Notes under the pieces: model-generated
What the model saw: the letters and a program-made list of their open reading frames with translations, nothing else
Database searches by the model: none
What the model was told of the DNA's origin: nothing
In this document: positions 25,569 to 33,894 of the stretch, piece after piece
Layout: each line of letters begins with the position of its first letter
How positions within the stretch are numbered: position 1 is the first letter of the stretch
Made by a program: the position numbers and the translations under genes
Assembly (NCBI GenBank): GCA_009691385.1
Contig: SICQ01000001.1
Coordinates: forward strand, 1-61,836
From: Candidatus Ryanbacteria bacterium
GTDB lineage: Bacteria > Patescibacteriota > Minisyncoccia > Ryanbacterales > GWA2-47-10b
DNA length: 61,836 bases
Reading direction: 5' to 3'

Positions 25569-25953
25569 AAAAGTCCCTTACTTGCATGAGGGCTCCCAAA
25601 TAAATACGAAAATAAGTTTGTAGGCGAATGGTGCAGAGCTTTTCGCAAGCTATTTGTGCGCTCATGAGCTTTGCGCTCGAGTGCTAACATGCGAAAGTAT
25701 GCAATTTTCTAGCCCTTTTTATTGGTCGCTGGGGGAGACCCTCGTGCAAAAAAGGAACCTTCTAGTGTCTATCTACCCCCATCATCAAACCGCCAAAAAC
25801 ACCTTGCAAGCCCTATTTTAACGATTCTTGTGTATTGAATGTTGATAAAATGTTTATAATCAGTTATTAAGAGATTAATAAGACTCTAGACAATGGCAAC
25901 AAATCATAGTATAGCTAAAAATCCTGAGATCATAACGCGCGCGGTCATTAACC

Positions 25954-26520
25954 ATGGCATTTAAAGTTAAGGTAACTTTTATAGATGTATTTAAAATTGG
26001 AGATAATATAAATTATAATCTCCAAATTTTAAAAGTTCTTTATTCTGGATATAAAGACTTGCCAGATGGTCATAAATTAATTAAGCCTATAGTAATAATT
26101 AATACTTCGATAGTCGAAGCTTTATTTTTTGATTTTGTTGTTAATAGGCTAAAAAGGCCTTATCGAACGGAAGTTTTATTTTCTGAAATCTTTGCGGCAC
26201 TTAAAGACAAGAATCTACATAGGTTTGAGAACTACATCAGTCAAGTAGAAAAGCGTGATCTATTTGAGCTAGGTAACACAAATTTTTATGAAATATTACG
26301 CATTTTGAGTAAAAAAAGAAATAGGATACATATACAAAATGAAAAATGGGAAGAACCTCGCGATGAGTCAGATGTGTTTGATAAAGAATCAAAGATTATG
26401 TCTGAAAAAATTCTAGAAAAGACAGTGTATATTCTAGTATCTAAATTTTCAAGGCGGGAAGAGTATCATAGATATGTAAATGATTTTGAATTCCCTTGGG
26501 ATCGGCATTTTAAAGAGTAG
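25954..26520 (+). CDS. hypothetical helical protein, HEPN-like (tentative)
   Basis: 188-aa ORF in a strongly AT-rich patch (the line 26041-26100 is 27% GC). Predicted all-helical. YEILRILSKKRNRIHIQN carries R-N-x-x-H at a helix start, one residue shorter than the canonical HEPN Rx4-6H. Confidence 0.55.
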   Translation: MAFKVKVTFIDVFKIGDNINYNLQILKVLYSGYKDLPDGHKLIKPIVIINTSIVEALFFDFVVNRLKRPYRTEVLFSEIFAALKDKNLHRFENYISQVEKRDLFELGNTNFYEILRILSKKRNRIHIQNEKWEEPRDESDVFDKESKIMSEKILEKTVYILVSKFSRREEYHRYVNDFEFPWDRHFKE

Positions 26521-26524
26521 ATAT

Positions 26525-26560
26525 GAGGTCGCAAAAGCTATGTTGTACGACCTCTTTATA
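26525..26560 (+). terminator. possible terminator hairpin
   Basis: 7-bp stem GAGGTCG/CGACCTC with a large 16-nt loop, followed by TTTATA. Confidence 0.4.
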
Positions 26561-26634
26561 CTCGCAAAAATCACTACCCCGCCGCATCTAAGGATTGATA
26601 TTGGTAAATAAAAAACTTACTTCTATATTATAAA

Positions 26635-27270
26635 ATGCTACGATGGATGGGTATGGAGTTAAAATGGACTACAGAAGCTATAAGAGAAGGATTTGAAAAA
26701 TTTTTCAATGAATACGGACGTTATCCAACCACACCGGAGATTGATCGTTATCAATATCTCCCCTCTTCAAAACAGCTACAAAGAAGGTTTGGGAGTGTCT
26801 CTGTAATTAGAGAGCAGTTAGGATTACCTATTTTAGATTTTACTAAAGGCTCTACTAGATCAAAAACAGCAAAAGATATAGGGAGACGTGGAATATATGA
26901 AGAACAAATGATCTATAAAAAACTCGTAGATCATTTTGGAGAAGTTTTTGTACATAACCAAAAACCCTTCAACAACTATGCGGGTAGATATGATTTCTAT
27001 GTCTACTCAAGAAATAGTAATTTTGCTATAGACGTATTCTACGCAGCAAATTTGAGAAACCTTAGTGGATGCATTAATCTTAAGCAGAAAGTTTATAAAG
27101 ATACCGAGGATAAAATAATCCTATTAAGCACAAATCCTGAGATAAAACAGCATGATATTGATTATGTCTTATATAAGAAAGATAAGACCCTTCCCACTAA
27201 TTTAGTAGTTTATAGTTTGGAAAGTTTTCTAGCCTATATAAAAAGCTCAGAAGTATTACGCATAAAATAA
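26635..27270 (+). CDS. homing-endonuclease-associated repeat fused to a restriction-endonuclease-like (Vsr/DUF559-like) domain
   Basis: The N-terminus WTTEAIREGFEKFFNEYGRYPTTPEIDRYQYLPSSKQLQRRFGSVSVIREQLGL fits the HNH-associated repeat pattern (WT.E...GR.P...FGS...GL). The C-terminus YEEQ...GRYDFYVYSRNSNFAIDVFYA resembles a PD-(D/E)xK-type core. AT-rich. Confidence 0.6.
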   Translation: MLRWMGMELKWTTEAIREGFEKFFNEYGRYPTTPEIDRYQYLPSSKQLQRRFGSVSVIREQLGLPILDFTKGSTRSKTAKDIGRRGIYEEQMIYKKLVDHFGEVFVHNQKPFNNYAGRYDFYVYSRNSNFAIDVFYAANLRNLSGCINLKQKVYKDTEDKIILLSTNPEIKQHDIDYVLYKKDKTLPTNLVVYSLESFLAYIKSSEVLRIK

Positions 27271-27286
27271 TTTCAACACTACTATA

Positions 27287-28459
27287 ATGAGAGTTTCATT
27301 TTCAGCGCTTGAAACATATAATCAGTGCCCGCAGAAATACGAGTACGAGCATATCGAACGCAAACGCGTACCAAAAGGCAAAGAGTCTATTTTTGGTACT
27401 TCTATCCATAGCGCTATGCGCTTTATGTTTTCTCGGGATCCCCTCTTTCCTACACTTGAAGAGGTGTTGGCGCATTTTCGTGAATCATTTGCTGATAGCC
27501 AATCAGTTGCTGATGCTGACAAGGCGCGGTACTTGGAATCTGGCGAGCGCATGATACGGGTATACTATGAAAAAAACCCGCCGTGGAACTTTGATGTGAT
27601 TGATCTGGAATCGCGCTTTGAAGTACCACTCGAAGATCCGAAGACGGGTATCACCCACACCATCGCTGGCAGCATTGATCGCATTGATAAAACCGGTGAA
27701 GGTTTATTTGAAATCATTGATTATAAGACTTCACGCAAACTTCCCGCTCAAGAAACAGTCGATGCCAATATGCAGTTGGCTATCTATCAGCTCGCACTCG
27801 AGAAAAAATGGCCACATATCGATCCTGAACATGTGACCTTAGCACTTTACTTTATGAAAGCGGGCGAAAAACTTGTCACCCGCCGCACGCGCCAAGACCT
27901 TGATAACACACGCGGGCAAATTCTCGATACTATTCATTCGATAGAAAAACGCATCGAGACAAAAGAATTCCCTGCCAAACCAAACGCTCTATGTGACTGG
28001 TGCGGGTACAAGCCCATATGCCCTGCGTGGCGGCATTTGTATAAAGCACAAGAAAAAGACGCCCCACCCGATGATGCCCGGCCGCTGATCAAAGAATACT
28101 TTACCCTCAAACACGAGATCGGCGAGCGTGAAGATAGACTTGACCAGATCACAGCCAGTATTAACGCCTATCTCGATGCGCAAAAACTTGATCGTGTATT
28201 TGGTGAGGGTGGATCACTCGCACGATCACAGCAAGAGCGCACAAGCTGGGATGCAAGCAAGATAACCTCGATACTTGAACCAACAGATTTCTGGCAACAG
28301 ATACTCTCCCCTGATGACAAAAAACTAAAAAAGCTTTTACCAAAATTGCCTACCGACCTTCAAGAACGCTTGCTAGCAGAGGCTCGCATCGTCAAACGCT
28401 TTACCATGCTCAAAGCATCTACCAAAAACGCATTGCCCGAAGAAGAACATGAAGCTTAA
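27287..28459 (+). CDS. PD-(D/E)XK nuclease, Cas4/AddB-type with a four-Cys cluster, plus a ~130-aa C-terminal extension
   Basis: The first Cys is in ALETYNQCPQKYEY. The catalytic core is GSIDRIDKTGEGLFEIIDYKTS. The C-terminal CDWCGYKPIC triad completes the arrangement typical of Fe-S RecB-family or Cas4 nucleases. Confidence 0.8.
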   Translation: MRVSFSALETYNQCPQKYEYEHIERKRVPKGKESIFGTSIHSAMRFMFSRDPLFPTLEEVLAHFRESFADSQSVADADKARYLESGERMIRVYYEKNPPWNFDVIDLESRFEVPLEDPKTGITHTIAGSIDRIDKTGEGLFEIIDYKTSRKLPAQETVDANMQLAIYQLALEKKWPHIDPEHVTLALYFMKAGEKLVTRRTRQDLDNTRGQILDTIHSIEKRIETKEFPAKPNALCDWCGYKPICPAWRHLYKAQEKDAPPDDARPLIKEYFTLKHEIGEREDRLDQITASINAYLDAQKLDRVFGEGGSLARSQQERTSWDASKITSILEPTDFWQQILSPDDKKLKKLLPKLPTDLQERLLAEARIVKRFTMLKASTKNALPEEEHEA

Positions 28460-28467
28460 CATCACTA

Positions 28468-28800
28468 CTATTTACACTGTGCGCTACGACTATAGCCCGC
28501 GCCCTCGGCCTCCAATGCTGAAGCGAAAAAGAGGCGATTTTCATCCTTGATCCGTGAGGCAGATTTGCACGCTTTAGGGTAGTAAACCTTACCGTTCTTG
28601 CTCGCCACAAAGTTCCCCGTACCTTGCCCGTCGAGCCGTATTTCGAACGCATTTGGCACTAGTTTTGGCTCAAATTTGGCCTGCTCTGCCACAGTAAGAC
28701 GCCATAGCCCTACCCCGATGACGACCACCAAAAAGACGCCGAGCCCCCAGAAATATACTTCTATCAAGCCCTTGATCTTTTCGGTAAACTGATGTAGCAT
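28468..28800 (-). CDS. membrane-anchored protein with an Ada-Zn-binding-like ('sunset') domain
   Basis: TM helix VYFWGLGVFLVVVIGVGLW. The C-terminus FVASKNGKVYYPKACKSASRIKDENRLFFASALEAEGAGY resembles the small Ada-like domain. Convergent with the nuclease gene, 8 nt apart. Confidence 0.6.
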   Translation of the reverse strand: MLHQFTEKIKGLIEVYFWGLGVFLVVVIGVGLWRLTVAEQAKFEPKLVPNAFEIRLDGQGTGNFVASKNGKVYYPKACKSASRIKDENRLFFASALEAEGAGYSRSAQCK

Positions 28801-28844
28801 ATACCTATTGTAATTGAGTTATATTTTATCGCTAATACTTATTT

Positions 28845-29117
28845 ATGGCACATACCAAAGCAGGCGGATCTACAGCAAACCTACGTGACTCAAACCCCCA
28901 ATACCTCGGGGTGAAACTTTTTGGTGGAGAAATTGCGCGAAACGGCGCGATCATCATCCGTCAGCGCGGATCAAAGTTTATGCCCGGCGAAGGAACTCGC
29001 AAAGGCAAGGATGACACTATCTACGCGATTCGTGATGGCAAAGTACTATTTGCTGACAAGCGCAAGCGCCACTTTGATGGTACTACTGTCATGAGAAAAT
29101 TGGTCAGCGTTGTCTAA
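28845..29117 (+). CDS. rpmA: 50S ribosomal protein L27
   Basis: MAHTKAGGSTANLRDSNPQYLGVK...IIRQRGSKF.PG is the L27 signature. Confidence 0.95.
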   Translation: MAHTKAGGSTANLRDSNPQYLGVKLFGGEIARNGAIIIRQRGSKFMPGEGTRKGKDDTIYAIRDGKVLFADKRKRHFDGTTVMRKLVSVV

Positions 29118-29137
29118 AAATCTTGATATAAAAGTTA

Positions 29138-29175
29138 AAGGACCTTCCACTGCTGTGGAAGGTCCTTTTTTTTTA
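29138..29175 (+). terminator. rho-independent terminator
   Basis: 11-bp stem GGACCTTCCAC/GTGGAAGGTCC with loop TGCT and a 9-T run. Confidence 0.85.
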
Positions 29176-29203
29176 TGGCACCCGAAGGCGCGGTTGATTG
29201 GGG

Positions 29204-29539
29204 TCAGGCGTGTGCGTCTACGGCTTCGGGATCTTCTTCTTCAAGGAAGATCAACTGCTGTCGGTACTTGCGACGCATGTACCAGTAGTGGCCGTCGAGG
29301 CAAGCAGCAAGCCCGCCAATACCGAAGACGAGAATATGCACGAGCACGAATGTCGGGAAGTCGCTGATGGGCCAGCTAATCCAGCCCATCCCCATCGCCA
29401 GAGCGATGGCACCCGTCACAAACGCCGTGCGTGGCACAAGCAGCATTGCCACGAGCACCACGACCCCATACCCCAAAGTTGCAAAGAACAGCATGATCCT
29501 CTCTCCTCTCTCGCTCCACAGCATCCGCCGCCAGAGCAT
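29204..29539 (-). CDS. small GC-rich membrane protein (96-111 aa, about 3 TM helices)
   Basis: Hydrophobic helices LFFATLGYGVVVLVAMLLV, GAIALAMGMGWISW and FVLVHILVFGIGGLAA, with an acidic tail. A consensus promoter lies upstream. The start is ATG 29539 or ATG 29494 (GAGAGG before it). The line 29401-29460 is 63% GC. Confidence 0.55.
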   Translation of the reverse strand: MLWRRMLWSERGERIMLFFATLGYGVVVLVAMLLVPRTAFVTGAIALAMGMGWISWPISDFPTFVLVHILVFGIGGLAACLDGHYWYMRRKYRQQLIFLEEEDPEAVDAHA

Positions 29540-29559
29540 GCCAAACTTACCTACTATGG

Positions 29560-29588
29560 ATTATATCAGGTTTTTAAGTATTTGTCAA
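29560..29588 (-). promoter_or_regulatory. consensus sigma70 promoter
   Basis: The minus strand reads TTGACA (29588-29583), a 17-nt spacer, then TATAAT (29565-29560). It lies about 20 nt upstream of the ATG at 29539. Confidence 0.6.
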
Positions 29589-29605
29589 TATTAGGTATTT
29601 TACCT

Positions 29606-31234
29606 TTATTTATGCCTTTTGATAGCCGCTTTGATGAATTCGCGAAAGAGTGGATGTGGCGTGAGTGGGCGGCTGATGAGTTCAGGATGAAATTGTGTAC
29701 CTACAAAAAATGGATGATTGGGAAGTTCAATGATTTCTACCAAATCGCGCTGGGGGTTAATACCAGAAACTACGAGTCCCCTCTTTATGAGCTTCGGCAA
29801 AAATGTTGCGTTGACCTCATAGCGGTGGCGATGACGCTCTTTGATTTTATCTTTACCGTACGCGCGCGCGGCGATGGTACCCTTGGCAATCTTACAATCA
29901 TACAGGCCCAAGCGCATCGAACCGCCATAATCTTTTTTATCCAAAAGCACTTGTTGTTCGGGCAAAATATGAATAACGGGATACGGACTCTTTTTAGTAA
30001 TCTCTTCAGTGTGTGCGCCCTCGAGCTTGGCTACATTGCGCGCGTATTCTACGACCGCAAGCTGAAGCCCGTAGCAAAGTCCGAAAAATGGTATCTTTTC
30101 TTTTCGGCAAAACTCAATCACCTTGATCTTGCCCTCAATACCGCGTGAACCAAATCCGCCGGGTACTACCACACCATCAAGTACTTTGAGCTCACGAAGT
30201 TTCTCTGGATGTTTTTCATATTCTTCGGCATCGAGCCACAAAATCTCGGCATCATGCCTATGCGACCACGAAGCGTGTTTGAGCGCCTCTATAACCGAGA
30301 GATATGAGTCAGCAAGAGCAAACGCACCCGTGGTAAAATATTTGCCCACGATGCCGATACGCACACGAGGTTTGTTGGTCTTTCTAATAACAGAGACGAG
30401 TTTTTTCCATTCGCGTAGATCGGTCTTTTTCTTTTTGAGACCGAGCTTTTTGAGCACAATCGTGCCGAGTTGATCTTTTTCAAAATTAAGCGGTACTTCG
30501 TAAATAGATTTTACATCGGGTGCCGATATGATATCTTCCTCACGCAAGTTAAGGGCAAACGAAAGCTTTTCTTTGCGTGGCTTATCAATAGGTACTGCTG
30601 ACCGCGCCAAGATAATGTCCGCCTGAATGCCCGCCACATTGAGTGAGCGGGAGGCGTGTTGGGTTGGCTTGGTCTTCATCTCACCTATTACCCCCGGTAC
30701 GGGCAAGTAACTCACGAGCACATATAAAACGCTACCGGGCTTGCGAAGCTTCATGATACGCGCGGCCTCCAAGAACAGTAGATTTTCGTACTCCCCTACC
30801 GTGCCACCAATCTCAATGAGCATAATCTCTGCCTTGGCATTTTCGGCTGCGCGCTCAATACGCGCGATGACTTCTTCGGGTACATGAGGTACGACCTGTA
30901 CGCACTTGCCACCATATTCCAAATTGCGCTCTTTCTGAATCATCGAAAGATATACCATACCCGTGGTCATATAGTTGACCCTGTGAAGTGAGATGCCTAA
31001 AAAACGCTCATAGTTACCGATGTCCTGATCACATTCAAGACCATCATCTGTCACAAACACTTCACCATGCTCGGTAGGATTCATGGTGCCCGCATCGACA
31101 TTGATATAAGGGTCGATCTTCATCGCCGAGACCCGAAAACCGTATGATTGTAAAATCTTTGCGAGTGACGCGGTGGCGACTCCCTTGCCAATACCTGACA
31201 TCACGCCACCCGTAATAAAAATGTATTTACGCAT
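29606..31234 (-). CDS. pyrG: CTP synthase
   Basis: N-terminus YIFITGGVMSGIGKG and the glutaminase nucleophile motif GLCYGLQ. Full length, 542 aa. Confidence 0.95.
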   Translation of the reverse strand: MRKYIFITGGVMSGIGKGVATASLAKILQSYGFRVSAMKIDPYINVDAGTMNPTEHGEVFVTDDGLECDQDIGNYERFLGISLHRVNYMTTGMVYLSMIQKERNLEYGGKCVQVVPHVPEEVIARIERAAENAKAEIMLIEIGGTVGEYENLLFLEAARIMKLRKPGSVLYVLVSYLPVPGVIGEMKTKPTQHASRSLNVAGIQADIILARSAVPIDKPRKEKLSFALNLREEDIISAPDVKSIYEVPLNFEKDQLGTIVLKKLGLKKKKTDLREWKKLVSVIRKTNKPRVRIGIVGKYFTTGAFALADSYLSVIEALKHASWSHRHDAEILWLDAEEYEKHPEKLRELKVLDGVVVPGGFGSRGIEGKIKVIEFCRKEKIPFFGLCYGLQLAVVEYARNVAKLEGAHTEEITKKSPYPVIHILPEQQVLLDKKDYGGSMRLGLYDCKIAKGTIAARAYGKDKIKERHRHRYEVNATFLPKLIKRGLVVSGINPQRDLVEIIELPNHPFFVGTQFHPELISRPLTPHPLFREFIKAAIKRHK

Positions 31235-31237
31235 AGT

Positions 31238-31687
31238 TTACTTTTTCTTTTCTGCCTCAACACGCACGGAGATGTAGAGCCGTTCTTTTTTTATCTTAAT
31301 CTCCACATCGTGCTTACCTACCAGTTTAATAGGTAAACCCCACAGCTGATCTTTTTCAATAGTACGGAAATGTCGGCGTTTGAGCTCAGTCATCACATCA
31401 TCGGCAGTGACCGCAGCGAAAAGATGCCCCTGATCGTTGGCTGGCTTATGAAATACCAACGCTACCTGACTCAACGCCTTTTTTTCTGCTTCAAGTGCTG
31501 ATGCTTTTTCGGCAAGCCGACGCGCTTGGGTGATCTTGGTGTCTTCCACCATCTTTACTGCTTTTTTGTCTGCCTCGCGCGCGAGACCTTGTGGTATCAA
31601 AAAATTGCGCCCGTAACCGTCTTTTACAGTGAGAATCCTCCCCTGTTGGCCAAGCTGGGGGATGTCTTTGAGAAGGATGACTTTCAT
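31238..31687 (-). CDS. rplI: 50S ribosomal protein L9
   Basis: MKVILLKDIPQLGQQGRILTVKDGYGRNFLIPQGLA is the L9 N-terminal domain. Confidence 0.9.
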   Translation of the reverse strand: MKVILLKDIPQLGQQGRILTVKDGYGRNFLIPQGLAREADKKAVKMVEDTKITQARRLAEKASALEAEKKALSQVALVFHKPANDQGHLFAAVTADDVMTELKRRHFRTIEKDQLWGLPIKLVGKHDVEIKIKKERLYISVRVEAEKKK

Positions 31688-31696
31688 AGGAGTATC

Positions 31697-32956
31697 CTAG
31701 CGCGCAGTGCGCAAGTGCTCAAGAGCGCGCTCTAACTGTGGATCTTTTTCAGGATCACCATCTGGTTTAATCTTTACCTCGATGTCAGGCGCCAATCCTT
31801 CTTTAGAGATTGATTTGCCTGATGGCGTGGTCCATCGAGCAATAGTCACCTTTATAGAAGTCTTGTCAGTAATGTCTTCAAGCTCTTGGACAGAACCCTT
31901 GCCAAATGTTCGTTCACCAATCAAAATCGCTTTTTTGTGTTCTTGGAGGGCGCCTCCTAAAATCTCTGACGCGGATGCCGACCCTTGATTGACCAAAAGA
32001 ACGGTGGGTACTTTTTCGAGCGCTCCAAAACCGGCACTGCGATAAATAGTCGCCTCACGACCACGAAACTCCTCACGCGTGACTACCTCGCCTTCGGGCA
32101 ACCACCAGCTCGCAATATCAACCGAACTGTGGAGGTACCCTCCGGGATTATTGCGAAGATCGAGTACGATCTTGGTCGCGCCCGAACGGAGAAACTCACG
32201 AACAGCTTTTTGGAACTCTCCGCTTGAATTTTCAGAGAAGCTCGAAAGCGCAATGATAAATACATCGCCCTTCTTTTCGGTGGTGATCGCCGGCACACGG
32301 ATAACATCGCGCGTGATAGCAATCTCCCGTGGCTTGTCTTCGCCCGTGCGTCCGATAGTGAGTACTACTTTGGTGCCGCGCTCACCCCTAATCTTGTGAA
32401 TCGCATCATCCAGCGTAAGATTTTCTGTAAAAGCATCATCAATCTTGAGAATCTTATCGCCAGCCTTGAGTCCCGCGCGCGCTGAAGGAGACTCTTTGAT
32501 AGGAGCGATCACCGTGAGTGTTTCTTTACGAATACCGATCTCTGCGCCAATACCGGAGAATTCACCTTTTACTTCGCTTTGGAAATCTTCATGATCTTTT
32601 GGTGGGAAAAAGACAGTGTAGGGATCACCGAGGCTCCCCACCATGCCCTTGATCGCTCCCCAAACCATGGCCTGACGATCGATAGGATCATCACTGATAT
32701 GTTTACGCTCTACAACTTCCCACGCCTTCCAAAATGGCTCAAAATCAACATCTTTGAGTTTTTCGGCGAGATCGCCAGTAGGTGCTTGGTTTGAGACGCC
32801 GAATACGCGCTCGATCGATGCGCGCTCATTGAAGCCGAACCAAGTGCCGGCTCCAAACGAACCGACCACAATAACTAATGCTGTGATAAAAACAAAAAAG
32901 CGCCGATCCTTACCCATATTGCCAATCATTTTCCCATACTTTTGTATTGCCGGCAA
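31697..32956 (-). CDS. carboxy-terminal processing protease (S41) with PDZ domain
   Basis: N-terminal anchor, PDZ segment (AGLKAGDKILKID), LVNQGSASASEILGGAL Ser site and FGKGSVQ Lys site. The start could also be an internal Met (MIGN or MGKD). Confidence 0.9.
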   Translation of the reverse strand: MPAIQKYGKMIGNMGKDRRFFVFITALVIVVGSFGAGTWFGFNERASIERVFGVSNQAPTGDLAEKLKDVDFEPFWKAWEVVERKHISDDPIDRQAMVWGAIKGMVGSLGDPYTVFFPPKDHEDFQSEVKGEFSGIGAEIGIRKETLTVIAPIKESPSARAGLKAGDKILKIDDAFTENLTLDDAIHKIRGERGTKVVLTIGRTGEDKPREIAITRDVIRVPAITTEKKGDVFIIALSSFSENSSGEFQKAVREFLRSGATKIVLDLRNNPGGYLHSSVDIASWWLPEGEVVTREEFRGREATIYRSAGFGALEKVPTVLLVNQGSASASEILGGALQEHKKAILIGERTFGKGSVQELEDITDKTSIKVTIARWTTPSGKSISKEGLAPDIEVKIKPDGDPEKDPQLERALEHLRTAR

Positions 32957-32982
32957 GGGAAAGTATTAGGTATACTAGAGCT

Positions 32983-33894
32983 ATGGACAAAGTGTCATCA
33001 CGACATGTTTCTTGGATAGATCTTGAACAGCCCACGGAAGAAAAAATAGCTGACCTCTCGCGTCGGCACAATATTCATGCGCTTGTTGCCCAAGAACTCT
33101 TGGTGGCGACCTATCGTCCCAAAGTAGAAGAATATGACGATCACCTCTATCTCGTTTTGCACTTTCCTGTCTTCGACAAAAAAACAACCGCCACACTGAG
33201 CCGTGAGATTGATTTTGTCATCTTCCCCTACACACTCATCACTGTTCACTACGAAGACATCCCCCAGCTCGACAACTTCCAGCAATTTTTAGCAGGACAC
33301 GAAGCGGTCAGAGAGCGCAAATTTGGTAGATCGTCTGGTCAGCTTCTCTACCAGATCATCAAGCAACTTTTTTCGGTATCGCGCGAAGAGCTTCAAGCAC
33401 TTGAGAAAAAAATCGACGCCGTGCAAGAAAAAGTATTCAACGGCAACGAACGCTCGGCACTCCAAGAAGTCGCGGGACTTCGTCGCGATATTCTTAATTT
33501 CCAGAAAGCGCTCAAACCGCAAGAAACAGTCCTCAAATCACTTGCTGAACATGGCAAGAAATTTTTTGGCCCTGACGCCGCACCCTATTTTAACGATATT
33601 TTGGGTGAATATACGCAACTATGGAACATCGTAGAAGACCTTCGCTCTACTCTTGATGTCATTCATGAGACTAATGTTTCTCTCTTGTCAGTAGGGATCA
33701 ATGAAACGGTAAAATTTCTCACTGCTGTATCTTTCATACTCCTTCCTATGCAGGTGATCATCAACATTTTTGGCATGAATATCAATGACATCCCGCTTGC
33801 CCATCATCCGAATGCTTTTTGGATTCTACTTGCACTAAACGCCTTGGTTGGTATCATCATTCTGCAATGGCTAAGACACAAAGACTGGCTGTAA
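32983..33894 (+). CDS. corA: CorA-family magnesium transporter
   Basis: Two C-terminal TM helices with the FGMN (GMN) motif. The ATG at 32983 is preferred over the 32947 extension, which overlaps the divergent gene. Confidence 0.85.
   Translation: MDKVSSRHVSWIDLEQPTEEKIADLSRRHNIHALVAQELLVATYRPKVEEYDDHLYLVLHFPVFDKKTTATLSREIDFVIFPYTLITVHYEDIPQLDNFQQFLAGHEAVRERKFGRSSGQLLYQIIKQLFSVSREELQALEKKIDAVQEKVFNGNERSALQEVAGLRRDILNFQKALKPQETVLKSLAEHGKKFFGPDAAPYFNDILGEYTQLWNIVEDLRSTLDVIHETNVSLLSVGINETVKFLTAVSFILLPMQVIINIFGMNINDIPLAHHPNAFWILLALNALVGIIILQWLRHKDWL

Noticed and set aside
25575-25592. Hairpin after the small membrane gene as a terminator
   Set aside because: It is a 6-bp stem with one G-U pair and no following T-run, so it was left unannotated.
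25741-26585. Possible direct repeats flanking the first cassette gene (25741-25795 versus 26561-26585)
   Set aside because: The similarity is limited to short words (CTCG.GCAAAAA, CTACCCC, CCGCC) with very different spacing. That is not strong enough by eye to call att sites, so it is only mentioned as a lead under the 385-nt gap.
29198-30148. 316-aa plus-strand ORF
   Set aside because: It runs antisense to the unmistakable CTP synthase gene and to the small membrane ORF. Its composition (His/Arg/Pro-rich, no motifs) is typical of an antisense shadow ORF.
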